Source of the DNA: Planctomycetota bacterium
Lineage (GTDB): Bacteria; Planctomycetota; MHYJ01; JACQXL01
Assembly (NCBI GenBank): GCA_016235865.1
Contig: JACRIK010000021.1
Span: forward strand, 97,226-161,225
DNA length: 64,000 bases
Direction: 5' to 3'
A program made the position numbers and the translations under genes. Shown here one piece after another: positions 55,887-64,000 of this stretch. The notes under the pieces are model-generated. The model did not search any database. It saw nothing but the letters and a program-made list of their open reading frames with translations, and was not told the origin of the DNA. The number at the start of each line of letters is the position of its first letter. The first letter of the stretch is position 1.

Positions 55887-56894
55887 TCAACGTTGGTAGT
55901 GTTTATGATAGAATTTCATGTATTCGCCGGTTTTTATCTGCTGCCACCACGCCTGATTATTCAGGTACCATAATATGGTTTTCTTGATGCCGTCCTCAAA
56001 CCGGTATTTGGGCCGCCAGCCCAGTTGCCGTTTGATTTTGGAGATATTGAGCGCATACCGGCGGTCATGCCCGGGCCGGTCCTTGACATAGGTAACCAGC
56101 GATATGGGCTGGTTCAGGAGTTTTAAGATAGTCTTGGTGATATAAAGGTTGGTCTGCTCGCAGTTGCCGCCGATATTATAAATTTCGCCCGGTTGGCCCT
56201 TGAGCATAACCGTCGCGATGGCCCGGCAGTTATCCTCGACATAGAGCCAGTCCCGGACATTGAGCCCGTCTCCGTAAAGCGGCAGCGGTTTGTCCGACAT
56301 GGCGTTGGTGACAAAAAGCGGTATCACCTTTTCCGGGAACTGGTATGGCCCGTAATTATTACTGCTTCGGGTGATAAGCGCCTTGTAGCCAAAGGTTTTT
56401 TCGTACGACTTGACCAGCAGGTCAGCCGCGGCCTTGCTGGCGGAATACGGACTGCTGGCTTCAAGCGGATAATCCTCCCTGAAGGCTGGCTCGTTTGGTT
56501 TTAGCGACCCATAGACCTCATCGGTTGATATCTGGATGAATCGTTTGATGTTATGCTGGCGGGCTGATTCCAGCATGGTCTGGGCGCCCAATATATTGGT
56601 GCTAAGGAACTCGGCCGGTTTGTATAAACTCCGGTCCACATGCGACTCGGCCGCGAAATTTATCACCACATCAGGATATTCACCCATCAGGCGATTGACC
56701 AATTTGCCGTCTCGGATATCGCCCCGGACGAATTTGTATCTTTTGTCCCTGCGGATATTTTCAAGGTTAGCCGGATTGCCCGCATAGGTCAGCAGGTCAA
56801 GATTGGTTATTTTTACGGAAAGGTAGTTTTTGAGAATGAATCTGATGAAATTAGAGCCGATAAATCCGCATCCGCCGGTCAGTAATATTTTCAT
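55887..56894 (-). CDS. rfbB: dTDP-glucose 4,6-dehydratase
   Basis: 335 aa; 'MKILLTGGCGFIGSNF' Rossmann, SDR-extended. Confidence 0.85.
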   Translation of the reverse strand: MKILLTGGCGFIGSNFIRFILKNYLSVKITNLDLLTYAGNPANLENIRRDKRYKFVRGDIRDGKLVNRLMGEYPDVVINFAAESHVDRSLYKPAEFLSTNILGAQTMLESARQHNIKRFIQISTDEVYGSLKPNEPAFREDYPLEASSPYSASKAAADLLVKSYEKTFGYKALITRSSNNYGPYQFPEKVIPLFVTNAMSDKPLPLYGDGLNVRDWLYVEDNCRAIATVMLKGQPGEIYNIGGNCEQTNLYITKTILKLLNQPISLVTYVKDRPGHDRRYALNISKIKRQLGWRPKYRFEDGIKKTILWYLNNQAWWQQIKTGEYMKFYHKHYQR

Positions 56895-56972
56895 CCTGGT
56901 AATTTAATAATTTCTATTATCTCTGGTCAAGAAAAGGACGATTTTATATAACGATAAGCATATAACCAAGAT

Positions 56973-58064
56973 ATGAAAATCATCTTTGCAGGCGGCGGAA
57001 CCGGCGGTCATCTTTTCCCGGGTATTGCTCTGGCCCAGGCGCTGTCTTCTAAATCATCAATCCTTTTTCTCTGCACCAACCGTCCGTTTGACAAGGCTCA
57101 GCTCGACCGCTATAAGTTTGCTTATCAGGCGCTGTCATCGCCGCGCCTGCCTTCAATAAAGAGACCCTGGACCGTTATTAGTTTCATTATTAATGTTTGG
57201 GCGGCTCTCTATCGAACAAACAGGTGTTTCTCTGGTTTTAAACCTGATATCGTAGTCGGATTGGGCGGTTACGGCGCATTCAGTTCATTAATCATTGCGC
57301 TGTTAAGAGGGGTGCCGTTTGTGTTATTGGAGCAGAATGTTCTGCCCGGTCGAATCTCGCGCCTGTTTTCACCCTTTGCCAGGCAGGTCTTCTGCCAGCG
57401 GGAAAAGTCACTGCGTCATCTCAGGAATAGAAAGAGCCTTATGGCAACCGGCAGTCCAATCCGCCAGGAGATTCTTTCCCATGTTAATCGCGGCAAGGCA
57501 GATGCCCGGAAGCAGCTTGGATTAACCCGGGAGCATATTATGCTGGTTATCGGCGGTAGCCAGGGCGCTGAGGCGTTAAATAGGGCAGTAGTAGATAACA
57601 TGGAACATCTTAAGAGACTGTCTGATAGATTAGGCATCGTTCATCTGACCGGCCAAAGGGATTATCAGCGTATTAAAGAGGCGTATGGGAAATCAGGCAT
57701 AGAGCATCTGGTAAAACCATTCAGCGATGATATGGGCTTGATATATGCCGCCTCGGACCTGGCGTTCAGCCGGTCCGGCGGGATTGCCATTTCTGAGATG
57801 ACGCTCTTCGGTCTGTCCATGTTTTTGGTGCCTTACCCGCAGGCCGCGGATAATCACCAGTTCTTCAATGCAATGGACGTCTATCAAAAAGGCGCCGGGA
57901 TTTTGGTTAGCCAAAACGAGCTCACCAGAAAGATGGCGTATATTCTATCTGATATAGAACGAAACGGCTTTCGGACATTAGGAGGAATTTCTCTTAAAGC
58001 CAAAATGATGGCTCGGCCCGGAGCCGCAGAAGAGATTATAGATTCTCTGCCTGCCCAACGATAA
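56973..58064 (+). CDS. murG: undecaprenyldiphospho-muramoylpentapeptide beta-N-acetylglucosaminyltransferase
   Basis: 363 aa; 'IIFAGGGTGGHLFPGIALAQ' MurG N-terminus. Confidence 0.85.
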   Translation: MKIIFAGGGTGGHLFPGIALAQALSSKSSILFLCTNRPFDKAQLDRYKFAYQALSSPRLPSIKRPWTVISFIINVWAALYRTNRCFSGFKPDIVVGLGGYGAFSSLIIALLRGVPFVLLEQNVLPGRISRLFSPFARQVFCQREKSLRHLRNRKSLMATGSPIRQEILSHVNRGKADARKQLGLTREHIMLVIGGSQGAEALNRAVVDNMEHLKRLSDRLGIVHLTGQRDYQRIKEAYGKSGIEHLVKPFSDDMGLIYAASDLAFSRSGGIAISEMTLFGLSMFLVPYPQAADNHQFFNAMDVYQKGAGILVSQNELTRKMAYILSDIERNGFRTLGGISLKAKMMARPGAAEEIIDSLPAQR

Positions 58065-58088
58065 AAGTTATGATACGGGTGTTCGGGA

Positions 58089-58553
58089 TTACTCGGAATT
58101 TGCTTCTAACGGGGACAGATATTTTATAAGGGTGAGTTTATTACCCGGCGGGGTAAAGATGAGTTCATTAATGCACTTCCTCATCAGGGCCAGGCCCAAG
58201 CCGCCCGGCGATCCGTATTTAACCGTCTTTTCTATCAATTTCGGGGCCTCGAATTCAATCAGCGGAACCTCCAGATGTTTGGTGAAATCGAACCCGTTTC
58301 CCTCGTCCTTGACCGTCAGGGTGATTTTAGACGCCTCATAAATATATTCCACCTCAACGAATTTGGCTGGCGAGAATTTATTTCCGTGAATGACCGCATT
58401 ATCAATGGCCTCGCCCACGGCCAGCATAAATTTCCGTTTGACATCGTCGGCTATTTTCTGGCCATCCAGGCATTTGTTAATCAGTTCAAAAACCCCGCGT
58501 GACATTTCCGGTGAAGTGCTGAATTTTACCTGTAGCTGCTGACGGTTTTTCAT
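58089..58553 (-). CDS. orphan anti-sigma regulatory factor Ser/Thr kinase (RsbW-like GHKL ATPase)
   Basis: 154 aa; 'AVGEAIDNAVIHGN' N-box. Confidence 0.65.
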   Translation of the reverse strand: MKNRQQLQVKFSTSPEMSRGVFELINKCLDGQKIADDVKRKFMLAVGEAIDNAVIHGNKFSPAKFVEVEYIYEASKITLTVKDEGNGFDFTKHLEVPLIEFEAPKLIEKTVKYGSPGGLGLALMRKCINELIFTPPGNKLTLIKYLSPLEANSE

Positions 58554-58768
58554 AAGCTAAGTTGCTTTCTTTCTCGGCACTGTCTCTAACCGCCGTTTGT
58601 GAAACAATATACTAACTCATCGCTAATTAGTTGTCAAGGTTTTTCTGTAAGTTTATTGTGATTATCGCTGGTGCAAATTTATCCGGCGGCGGATAATCCG
58701 CTGATTAGGAAGCGATGGATTTTCGTTGACTCGGGCGGGCATTTTTGATATACTTTGATGCGATTAGG

Positions 58769-58850
58769 GCGCGGGTGGTGGAACTGGCAGACACGTAGGT
58801 TTTAGGAGCCTATGCCTCACGGCTTGCGGGTTCAACTCCCGCCCCGCGCA
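58769..58850 (+). tRNA. tRNA-Leu (anticodon TAG)
   Basis: acceptor gcgcggg/cccgcgc, anticodon stem taggt/gccta with loop ttTAGga, long variable arm, T-loop ttcaact; no encoded CCA. Confidence 0.7.
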
Positions 58851-58886
58851 TTAGAATCTGTTAAGCCGAAGGCTGTTACAGATTCT

Positions 58887-58942
58887 TATCCCGCACATAA
58901 CCAGATTCTGCGCATCAGCAAAGCAGTAGATTATGTGCGGGA
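58887..58942. repeat. ATCCCGCACATAA...TTATGTGCGGGAT inverted-repeat element between tRNA-Leu and clpB
   Basis: 13-bp perfect arms, 30-bp spacer. Confidence 0.8.
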
Positions 58943-58977
58943 TTAGAACGGGGAGAACAAAGAGGATAAATAGAACT

Positions 58978-61578
58978 ATGCGTTTTGATAAATTTACCAT
59001 TAAGTCACAGGAGGCCATGCATCAGGCTGAAACCATTGCCGAGAAAAACGGCCATCAGGAGCTCCAGCCCGAACATCTTCTGCTGGCTTTATTGGAACAG
59101 CCCGAAGGATTGGTTACGCCTATCCTACAAAAAGTCGGCGTTAATATCCAGCAACTGACTCAGCGTATCCAGGACGAGTTCAAGAAATTGCCTAAAATAG
59201 AGGGTTTTATCGGACAGATTTATATCTCTCCCCGCTTAAAGCATATTCTGGAATCGGCGGTCAAGGAAGCCGAACGACTCAAGGACGAATATATTTCGAC
59301 CGAGCATATTCTGCTTGGTATCTTTGAAGACAAACAGGGCGCTCTGGTTAACACGCTCAACGGCTTGGGTATAAGCAAGGACCGTATCTATGCGGCCCTG
59401 ACTGAGGTGCGTGGCTCGCAGCGGGTGACGGACCAGCAGCCGGAGAGCAAATACCAGACCATGGAAAAGTACTGCCGTGACCTGACCAAGCTGGCCCGGG
59501 AGGGCAAACTGGACCCGGTCATCGGACGGGAAGACGAAATCAGGCGGGTGATGCAGGTGCTCTCGCGCCGCACCAAGAACAATCCGGTCCTGATTGGCGA
59601 ACCGGGTGTGGGCAAGACTGCGATTGCCGAAGGTTTGGCTCGGAGAATTATCCAGGGCGACGTGCCGGAGCCATTAAAGAATAAGCGGGTGATGGCTTTG
59701 GATTTAGGTGCGTTGGTGGCCGGCACCAAATACCGGGGTGAGTTTGAAGACCGCCTCAAGGCGCTACTCAAGGAAATCGGCCAGTCCGAAGGCGAAATCA
59801 TATTATTCATAGACGAACTCCACACCGTGGTCGGCGCCGGAGCAGCCGAGGGCGCCCAGGACGCATCAAATATGCTCAAGCCGGCCCTGGCCCGCGGTGA
59901 ATTGCGATGCATCGGCGCCACCACGCTCAATGAATACCGCAAATACATAGAAAAAGACGCGGCCCTGGAACGCCGGTTCCAGCAGGTTCTGATCGGCGAG
60001 CCGACAGTTGAGGATACCATTTCCATCCTGCGCGGATTAAAGGAACGTTATGAGGTCCATCACGGCGTGCGCATTCAGGATGCGGCCCTGGTTGCAGCGG
60101 CAACATTATCGCAGCGCTATATCTCGGACCGGTTTCTGCCGGACAAGGCCATTGACTTGGTGGACGAGGCGGCCTCAGCCCTTCGGTTGGAACTGGACAG
60201 CATGCCCCAGGAGATTGACAACCTCCAGCGCCGGATAATGCAGCTGGAAATCGAAATGCAGGCGCTTAAGAAAGAAACCGATCCGGCCAGCAAAGAGCGT
60301 TTCGCCAAGGCCGACAAGGAGCGCAAGGATCTGAACGAGCAGGTTACCGGTCTGAAGGCCCAATGGCAGAACGAAAAGAAACTGATTCAGGAAACCAGCG
60401 GGCTTAAAGAAAAGATAGAAACTGAAAAGTTAAAATTGGAAGACCTGATGCGCAAGGGTAGTTTGGACAAGGTGGCCGAAATCCAATACGGAATTCTGCC
60501 CGGCCTGCAAAAGCAGCTCGAAGCCCAGAACAAGAAATTAGCCGAGGTTCAGAAGAAATCCCAGATGCTCCGTGAAGAAGTGACTGAGGAGGATATTGCC
60601 GAGGTGGTGGCCAAATGGACCAAGATACCGGTGGCGCGGCTGGTCGAAAGTGAGGTTCAGAAACTGCTCAAGATGGAAGAGCGCTTGAGCCAGCGTGTGG
60701 TTGGCCAGGATGAGGCGCTCAAGGCGATTTCCGATACCATCCGCCGGGCCCGGGCCGGACTCCAGGACCAGAATAAGCCCATTGGTTCATTCATCTTCAT
60801 CGGGCCGACCGGCGTGGGCAAAACCGAACTGGCCAAGGCCTTGGCCGAATTCCTGTTTGATACCGAAGCTGCGCTGGTGCGCATAGATATGTCCGAGTAT
60901 ATGGAAAAGCACACGGTTTCCCGGCTGGTCGGCGCGCCGCCCGGATATGTCGGCTACGAGGAAGGCGGGCAGCTGACCGAGGCCATTCGCCGCCGGCCCT
61001 ATGCCGTGGTCCTGTTCGACGAGATAGAAAAAGCCCATCCTGAGGTGTTCAACGTTTTTCTCCAAATCCTGGACGACGGACGCTTGACTTCCGGGCAGGG
61101 CAAGGTGGTTAATTTCAAGAATACTATTGTCATCATGACATCGAATATTGCCTCTGATGTCATGAAGGAGTATGCTGAGGCCAAATCACCGGACCCGGTC
61201 AAGGTCAGGCAAAAAGTCATGGAAGTCCTGCGCCAGGGTTTCAAGCCGGAATTTATCAACCGGATTGACGATATCATTATCTTCCGTCCGCTGGACAAAG
61301 CAAATATCATCAAGATAGTGGATATCCAGATCGGTCTGTTGCAGAAACGTCTGGATGAGCGCAAGATAAAAATCAGTTTGAACAAGGAGGCCAAGGAAAT
61401 GCTGGTTCTGGACGGCTATGACCCGGTCTACGGGGCCCGGCCGTTAAAGCGCCTGATTCAGCACAAGATCCAGGACCCGCTGGCGCTCCAGATGCTGGAC
61501 GGTGAATTCAAGGCCGGCGATACCATCAAGATTACCCCGAGTAAAAAAGATATCGGTGAGTTTGAGTTTAGCAAGTAA
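58978..61578 (+). CDS. clpB: ATP-dependent chaperone ClpB
   Basis: start at '[18 protein letters not shown]'; two AAA+ modules with coiled-coil middle domain; ORF-track start 58933 lies inside an upstream palindrome. Confidence 0.9.
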   Translation: MRFDKFTIKSQEAMHQAETIAEKNGHQELQPEHLLLALLEQPEGLVTPILQKVGVNIQQLTQRIQDEFKKLPKIEGFIGQIYISPRLKHILESAVKEAERLKDEYISTEHILLGIFEDKQGALVNTLNGLGISKDRIYAALTEVRGSQRVTDQQPESKYQTMEKYCRDLTKLAREGKLDPVIGREDEIRRVMQVLSRRTKNNPVLIGEPGVGKTAIAEGLARRIIQGDVPEPLKNKRVMALDLGALVAGTKYRGEFEDRLKALLKEIGQSEGEIILFIDELHTVVGAGAAEGAQDASNMLKPALARGELRCIGATTLNEYRKYIEKDAALERRFQQVLIGEPTVEDTISILRGLKERYEVHHGVRIQDAALVAAATLSQRYISDRFLPDKAIDLVDEAASALRLELDSMPQEIDNLQRRIMQLEIEMQALKKETDPASKERFAKADKERKDLNEQVTGLKAQWQNEKKLIQETSGLKEKIETEKLKLEDLMRKGSLDKVAEIQYGILPGLQKQLEAQNKKLAEVQKKSQMLREEVTEEDIAEVVAKWTKIPVARLVESEVQKLLKMEERLSQRVVGQDEALKAISDTIRRARAGLQDQNKPIGSFIFIGPTGVGKTELAKALAEFLFDTEAALVRIDMSEYMEKHTVSRLVGAPPGYVGYEEGGQLTEAIRRRPYAVVLFDEIEKAHPEVFNVFLQILDDGRLTSGQGKVVNFKNTIVIMTSNIASDVMKEYAEAKSPDPVKVRQKVMEVLRQGFKPEFINRIDDIIIFRPLDKANIIKIVDIQIGLLQKRLDERKIKISLNKEAKEMLVLDGYDPVYGARPLKRLIQHKIQDPLALQMLDGEFKAGDTIKITPSKKDIGEFEFSK

Positions 61579-61603
61579 GATGGTGTTGGCAGAACAATAA
61601 ACC

Positions 61604-61708
61604 TTGACCCCGCGCATAATATTTGTATACTTATGTAATGGGTGTCAGATAAGATTGTTTATTAAAACTACTGACGAATGAATAAAAGGGTTTATGTGCG
61701 GGGTTGAC
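61604..61708. repeat. TTGACCCCGCGCATAA...TTATGTGCGGGGTTGAC inverted-repeat element downstream of clpB
   Basis: 16/17-bp arms separated by 72 bp. Confidence 0.8.
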
Positions 61709-61721
61709 ATCAAGAGGATAA

Positions 61722-62798
61722 TTGGCTACTCTAAATAATATGCAGATTCAGGAATCAATTGTTAATGCGGTGAGTTTGTTGAACGGATGCAAGGATTATT
61801 CCGAGGCGTTATTGAATATCTCGGAGGAAATACTGAATCATCTCAGTGCGGATAGCTGCGTCTTTTTCTCGGTTGATGCGGACGAGGTCATTCCCGATAT
61901 GTTCGCCGTGGTTGGAAGAAAGCCGCAGGCCCTGACCAATAAACTTTCTGCCAATAGTCGAAATACCATGTCATCCTGGGTGGTCCAGAACGGTGAGACT
62001 ATAATACTGGATGCTTCCAGTAATGACCCGCGTTATAGCGAGGAGTTAAAATTACTCGGGGCAATGGCCCAGATCGCGCCGGTTATTATAAGTATCCCGC
62101 TGGTCTGCGTTGGTTCTTTGGTCGGGGTGATGGATGTTATGGTCACCAGCCGGCGACATGTCAATAATGAAGAATTGATTCCGGTTAATCCGCTGATTAA
62201 TATTGCGTCATTGATTTACTCGCGGCGCTATAGCAACGGCCTGACCAAGCTGGCCGAGATATCGGTCCAGCTGCTGGAAGGCCGGGATTATTACACGCAC
62301 GGACACTCTATGCGGGTGGCTAATTATTCCCTGGCCATTGCCGATAAATTGGGGTTGACCGAATTGCAGAAACAAAAAATCAGGTTGGCATCTATCTTGC
62401 ACGATATCGGAAAACTCACCTTCAGCGATACGCTCTTTAAGGCCGACCGGGCCCTGACCAAGTTAGAGCTGAAGATTATCGAGATGCACCCGATTATCGG
62501 TGCCAATATCATCTCGGAAATCAATAAAAGCATCGCCACTGTCATCCGCTCCCATCACGAGCATTATGACGGCTCGGGATACCCGGATGGTTTAAAAGGC
62601 AAGGCCATACCGTTGTTATCCATGATTATTGCCATCAGCGATGCCTTTGACGCCATGCTGACCGAGCGGCCTTACCAGCAGGCCACCGATGTTAAGACGG
62701 CGCTTGAGGAAATCAAAAATAAGAGCGGCACGCAATTCGATCCTGAGGTTGTCAATGTCATGCTGGAATGCTACAACTCCGGGAAATTGCAGTGCTAA
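61722..62798 (+). CDS. GAF-domain HD-GYP phosphodiesterase (c-di-GMP signalling)
   Basis: 358 aa; N-terminal GAF-like; 'HDIGKL' and 'HHEHYDGSGYPDGL' HD-GYP motifs. Confidence 0.75.
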   Translation: MATLNNMQIQESIVNAVSLLNGCKDYSEALLNISEEILNHLSADSCVFFSVDADEVIPDMFAVVGRKPQALTNKLSANSRNTMSSWVVQNGETIILDASSNDPRYSEELKLLGAMAQIAPVIISIPLVCVGSLVGVMDVMVTSRRHVNNEELIPVNPLINIASLIYSRRYSNGLTKLAEISVQLLEGRDYYTHGHSMRVANYSLAIADKLGLTELQKQKIRLASILHDIGKLTFSDTLFKADRALTKLELKIIEMHPIIGANIISEINKSIATVIRSHHEHYDGSGYPDGLKGKAIPLLSMIIAISDAFDAMLTERPYQQATDVKTALEEIKNKSGTQFDPEVVNVMLECYNSGKLQC

Positions 62799-62813
62799 AT
62801 ATCAAGAATAGTA

Positions 62814-62858
62814 ACCACAGATAAACACAGATTAACACTGATTTTATCTAATCTGTGC
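62814..62858. repeat. AACCACAGAT-family palindromic element
   Basis: aaccacagataaacacagattaacactgattttatctaatctgtgc. Confidence 0.7.
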
Positions 62859-62920
62859 TACTCCATTGCCATAGTAATAATTCATATCTGGTATCGACCA
62901 GGAGTTTTTCTCTCCATTAT

Positions 62921-63019
62921 CGTCATTTCCGTGTAAACGGGAATCCAGTATTAGGTTTTTGGATTCTTCCTGAGTTTAATACGTAAATGCCTGGACTCCT
63001 GCCTTCGCAGGCGTGACAA
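62921..63019. repeat. compound palindromic element between GAF-HD-GYP gene and valS
   Basis: gtcatttccgtgtaaacgggaatccag...ctggactcctgccttcgcaggcgtgaca. Confidence 0.75.
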
Positions 63020-63079
63020 ACACGTGGTTGGAATGGTATGGGGAATAAGCTTGATAGATTATGGTGATTTGCGGCTAAT

Positions 63080-63123
63080 AACCACAGATTTAATTATCTG
63101 TGTATATCTGTGTAATCTGTGGT
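63080..63123. repeat. AACCACAGAT-family palindromic element abutting valS stop
   Basis: aaccacagatttaattatctgtgtatatctgtgtaatctgtggtt (3 direct ATCTGTG + inverted CACAGAT). Confidence 0.8.
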
Positions 63124-64000
63124 TTATAGTTCTCTTAGCGATTCCTTCAGATTTGCTTCCTGTTTGGCCAGTTCTTCCTGCCTGAGCAATTCTTTTTGGA
63201 GAATGGCCTGGGGCGCCCGTGATTTGAAATTCTCGTCGGATAATTTATTGGTCACTAAAGCCAGTTGTTCCTTGATTTTGATCAGGCGCTGTTCCAGCCG
63301 TTTTTTCTCCGCCTCCGGGTCAATAATTCCCTCCAACGGTATGAAAAGCTGCAAAGCATTGACGATTTCGGTGGCCGAGTGTTTGGGTTTGGCCAGTTTT
63401 ACGCCCATCTCTATCTTACCCAGATTAGCCTGATGCTTAATCAGTTCTTCATGCGGCCGAATGCCGTCCAGCGCTTTGCTCACTTCAGCCGAGATAATCA
63501 GGTCTAACGCCTGCTTGCGCTCGATTGTCATCTTATTGCGGATATTCCGGACACTCCGGATGATGCCGATATTTATTTCCATTGTCTGCTCAATCTGCTC
63601 GTCTATCTGCTTGGGCTCGGCCGACGGCCAGGTTGCACTCATCACTGATTCGCTCTGGAAATGTTCCGGATATTGCTCCTTAAACTTCTGCCAGAGTTCC
63701 TCGGTGATAAACGGGATGAAGGGATGGAGCATGCGCAGGGTATTGCTGAAGAGATAAAAAAGCGTAGAGCGTGTAGCGTTGAGCGTAGAGGCGTCTTGGC
63801 TGTATAATCTTGGCTTGATGATTTCCAGATACCAGTCGCACAAATCGCTCCAGAAGAAGTGGTAAATCAAGTGGGCCGCCTCGCTGAATTGGTAGGTCTC
63901 TAAGGCCTTGGTATAATCGCGGATGGTGGTGTTCAGGCGGGAGAGAATCCAGCGGTCTTCGAATGTGTCGTGCGTTGTGGGTTGTGTGTCTTGGGTTTTT
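63124..64000 (-). CDS. valS: valine--tRNA ligase, C-terminal part (gene continues beyond window end)
   Basis: 'DRWILSRLN...SEAAHLIYHFFWSDLCDWYLEIIKP' and C-terminal coiled coil; frame stays open to 64000. Confidence 0.8.
   Translation of the reverse strand, partial: KTQDTQPTTHDTFEDRWILSRLNTTIRDYTKALETYQFSEAAHLIYHFFWSDLCDWYLEIIKPRLYSQDASTLNATRSTLFYLFSNTLRMLHPFIPFITEELWQKFKEQYPEHFQSESVMSATWPSAEPKQIDEQIEQTMEINIGIIRSVRNIRNKMTIERKQALDLIISAEVSKALDGIRPHEELIKHQANLGKIEMGVKLAKPKHSATEIVNALQLFIPLEGIIDPEAEKKRLEQRLIKIKEQLALVTNKLSDENFKSRAPQAILQKELLRQEELAKQEANLKESLREL

Noticed and set aside
58933-58977. ORF-track start of clpB at 58933 ([15 protein letters not shown]...)
   Set aside because: The first 15 codons fall inside the inverted-repeat element. 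The conserved ClpB N-terminus begins at Met 58978 (MRFDKFTIK...), which has an upstream aagagga RBS.

Overview
The window is a gene-dense chromosomal segment from a Gram-negative-type, probably uncultivated anaerobic bacterium. Codons are GC-rich (CGG/CCG/GCC), and lpxC-fabZ-lpxA, pyruvate:ferredoxin oxidoreductase genes, PilT and an OM beta-barrel are present. Roughly 58 protein-coding genes are mostly recognisable housekeeping genes. These include a transcarboxylase-like 12S/5S pair, uvrA, lpxC-fabZ-lpxA, a PBP2-family transpeptidase, efp, lipB-lipA, topA, porGDAB, accD, rimO, pgsA-pgpA, an RsbU/RsbW/RsbV-type partner-switching module, larA-like, spoVG-like, ispE-panC-folK, pssA-psd, ruvB, rplS, trmD, asd, mnmG, two pilT paralogs, rfbB, murG, clpB, a GAF-HD-GYP protein, partial valS and one tRNA-Leu(TAG). 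The unusual content is mostly non-genic. There are at least six families of short dispersed repeats. One family (GCGGAGTTCGCTRGCGCGGTCACTGCGG / GCTCCGGTRGGTGCTCCCGGTCTCTGCGGAGTTC) sits in-frame inside several conserved genes, resembling Rickettsia RPEs. Others are dRS3-like ATTCCC-N8-GGGAAT compound hairpins inside the por operon, AACCACAGAT and CCCGCACATAA terminal-inverted-repeat elements, and poly-C/poly-G hairpins. A DinD/Bro-N-like gene is inserted at the 3' end of topA and is flanked by a duplicated ~100-bp topA tail. Next to it lie an island of foreign codon usage encoding a 620-aa TPR-like protein and a 17-copy 22-bp tandem array. Two clusters of uncharacterised genes follow trmD: an OM-barrel, RCC1 lipoprotein and two hypotheticals with 4x42-bp hairpin repeats, then a HEAT-repeat protein, a small TM protein and a polyferredoxin. 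No CRISPR array, rRNA, integrase or transposase was recognised.
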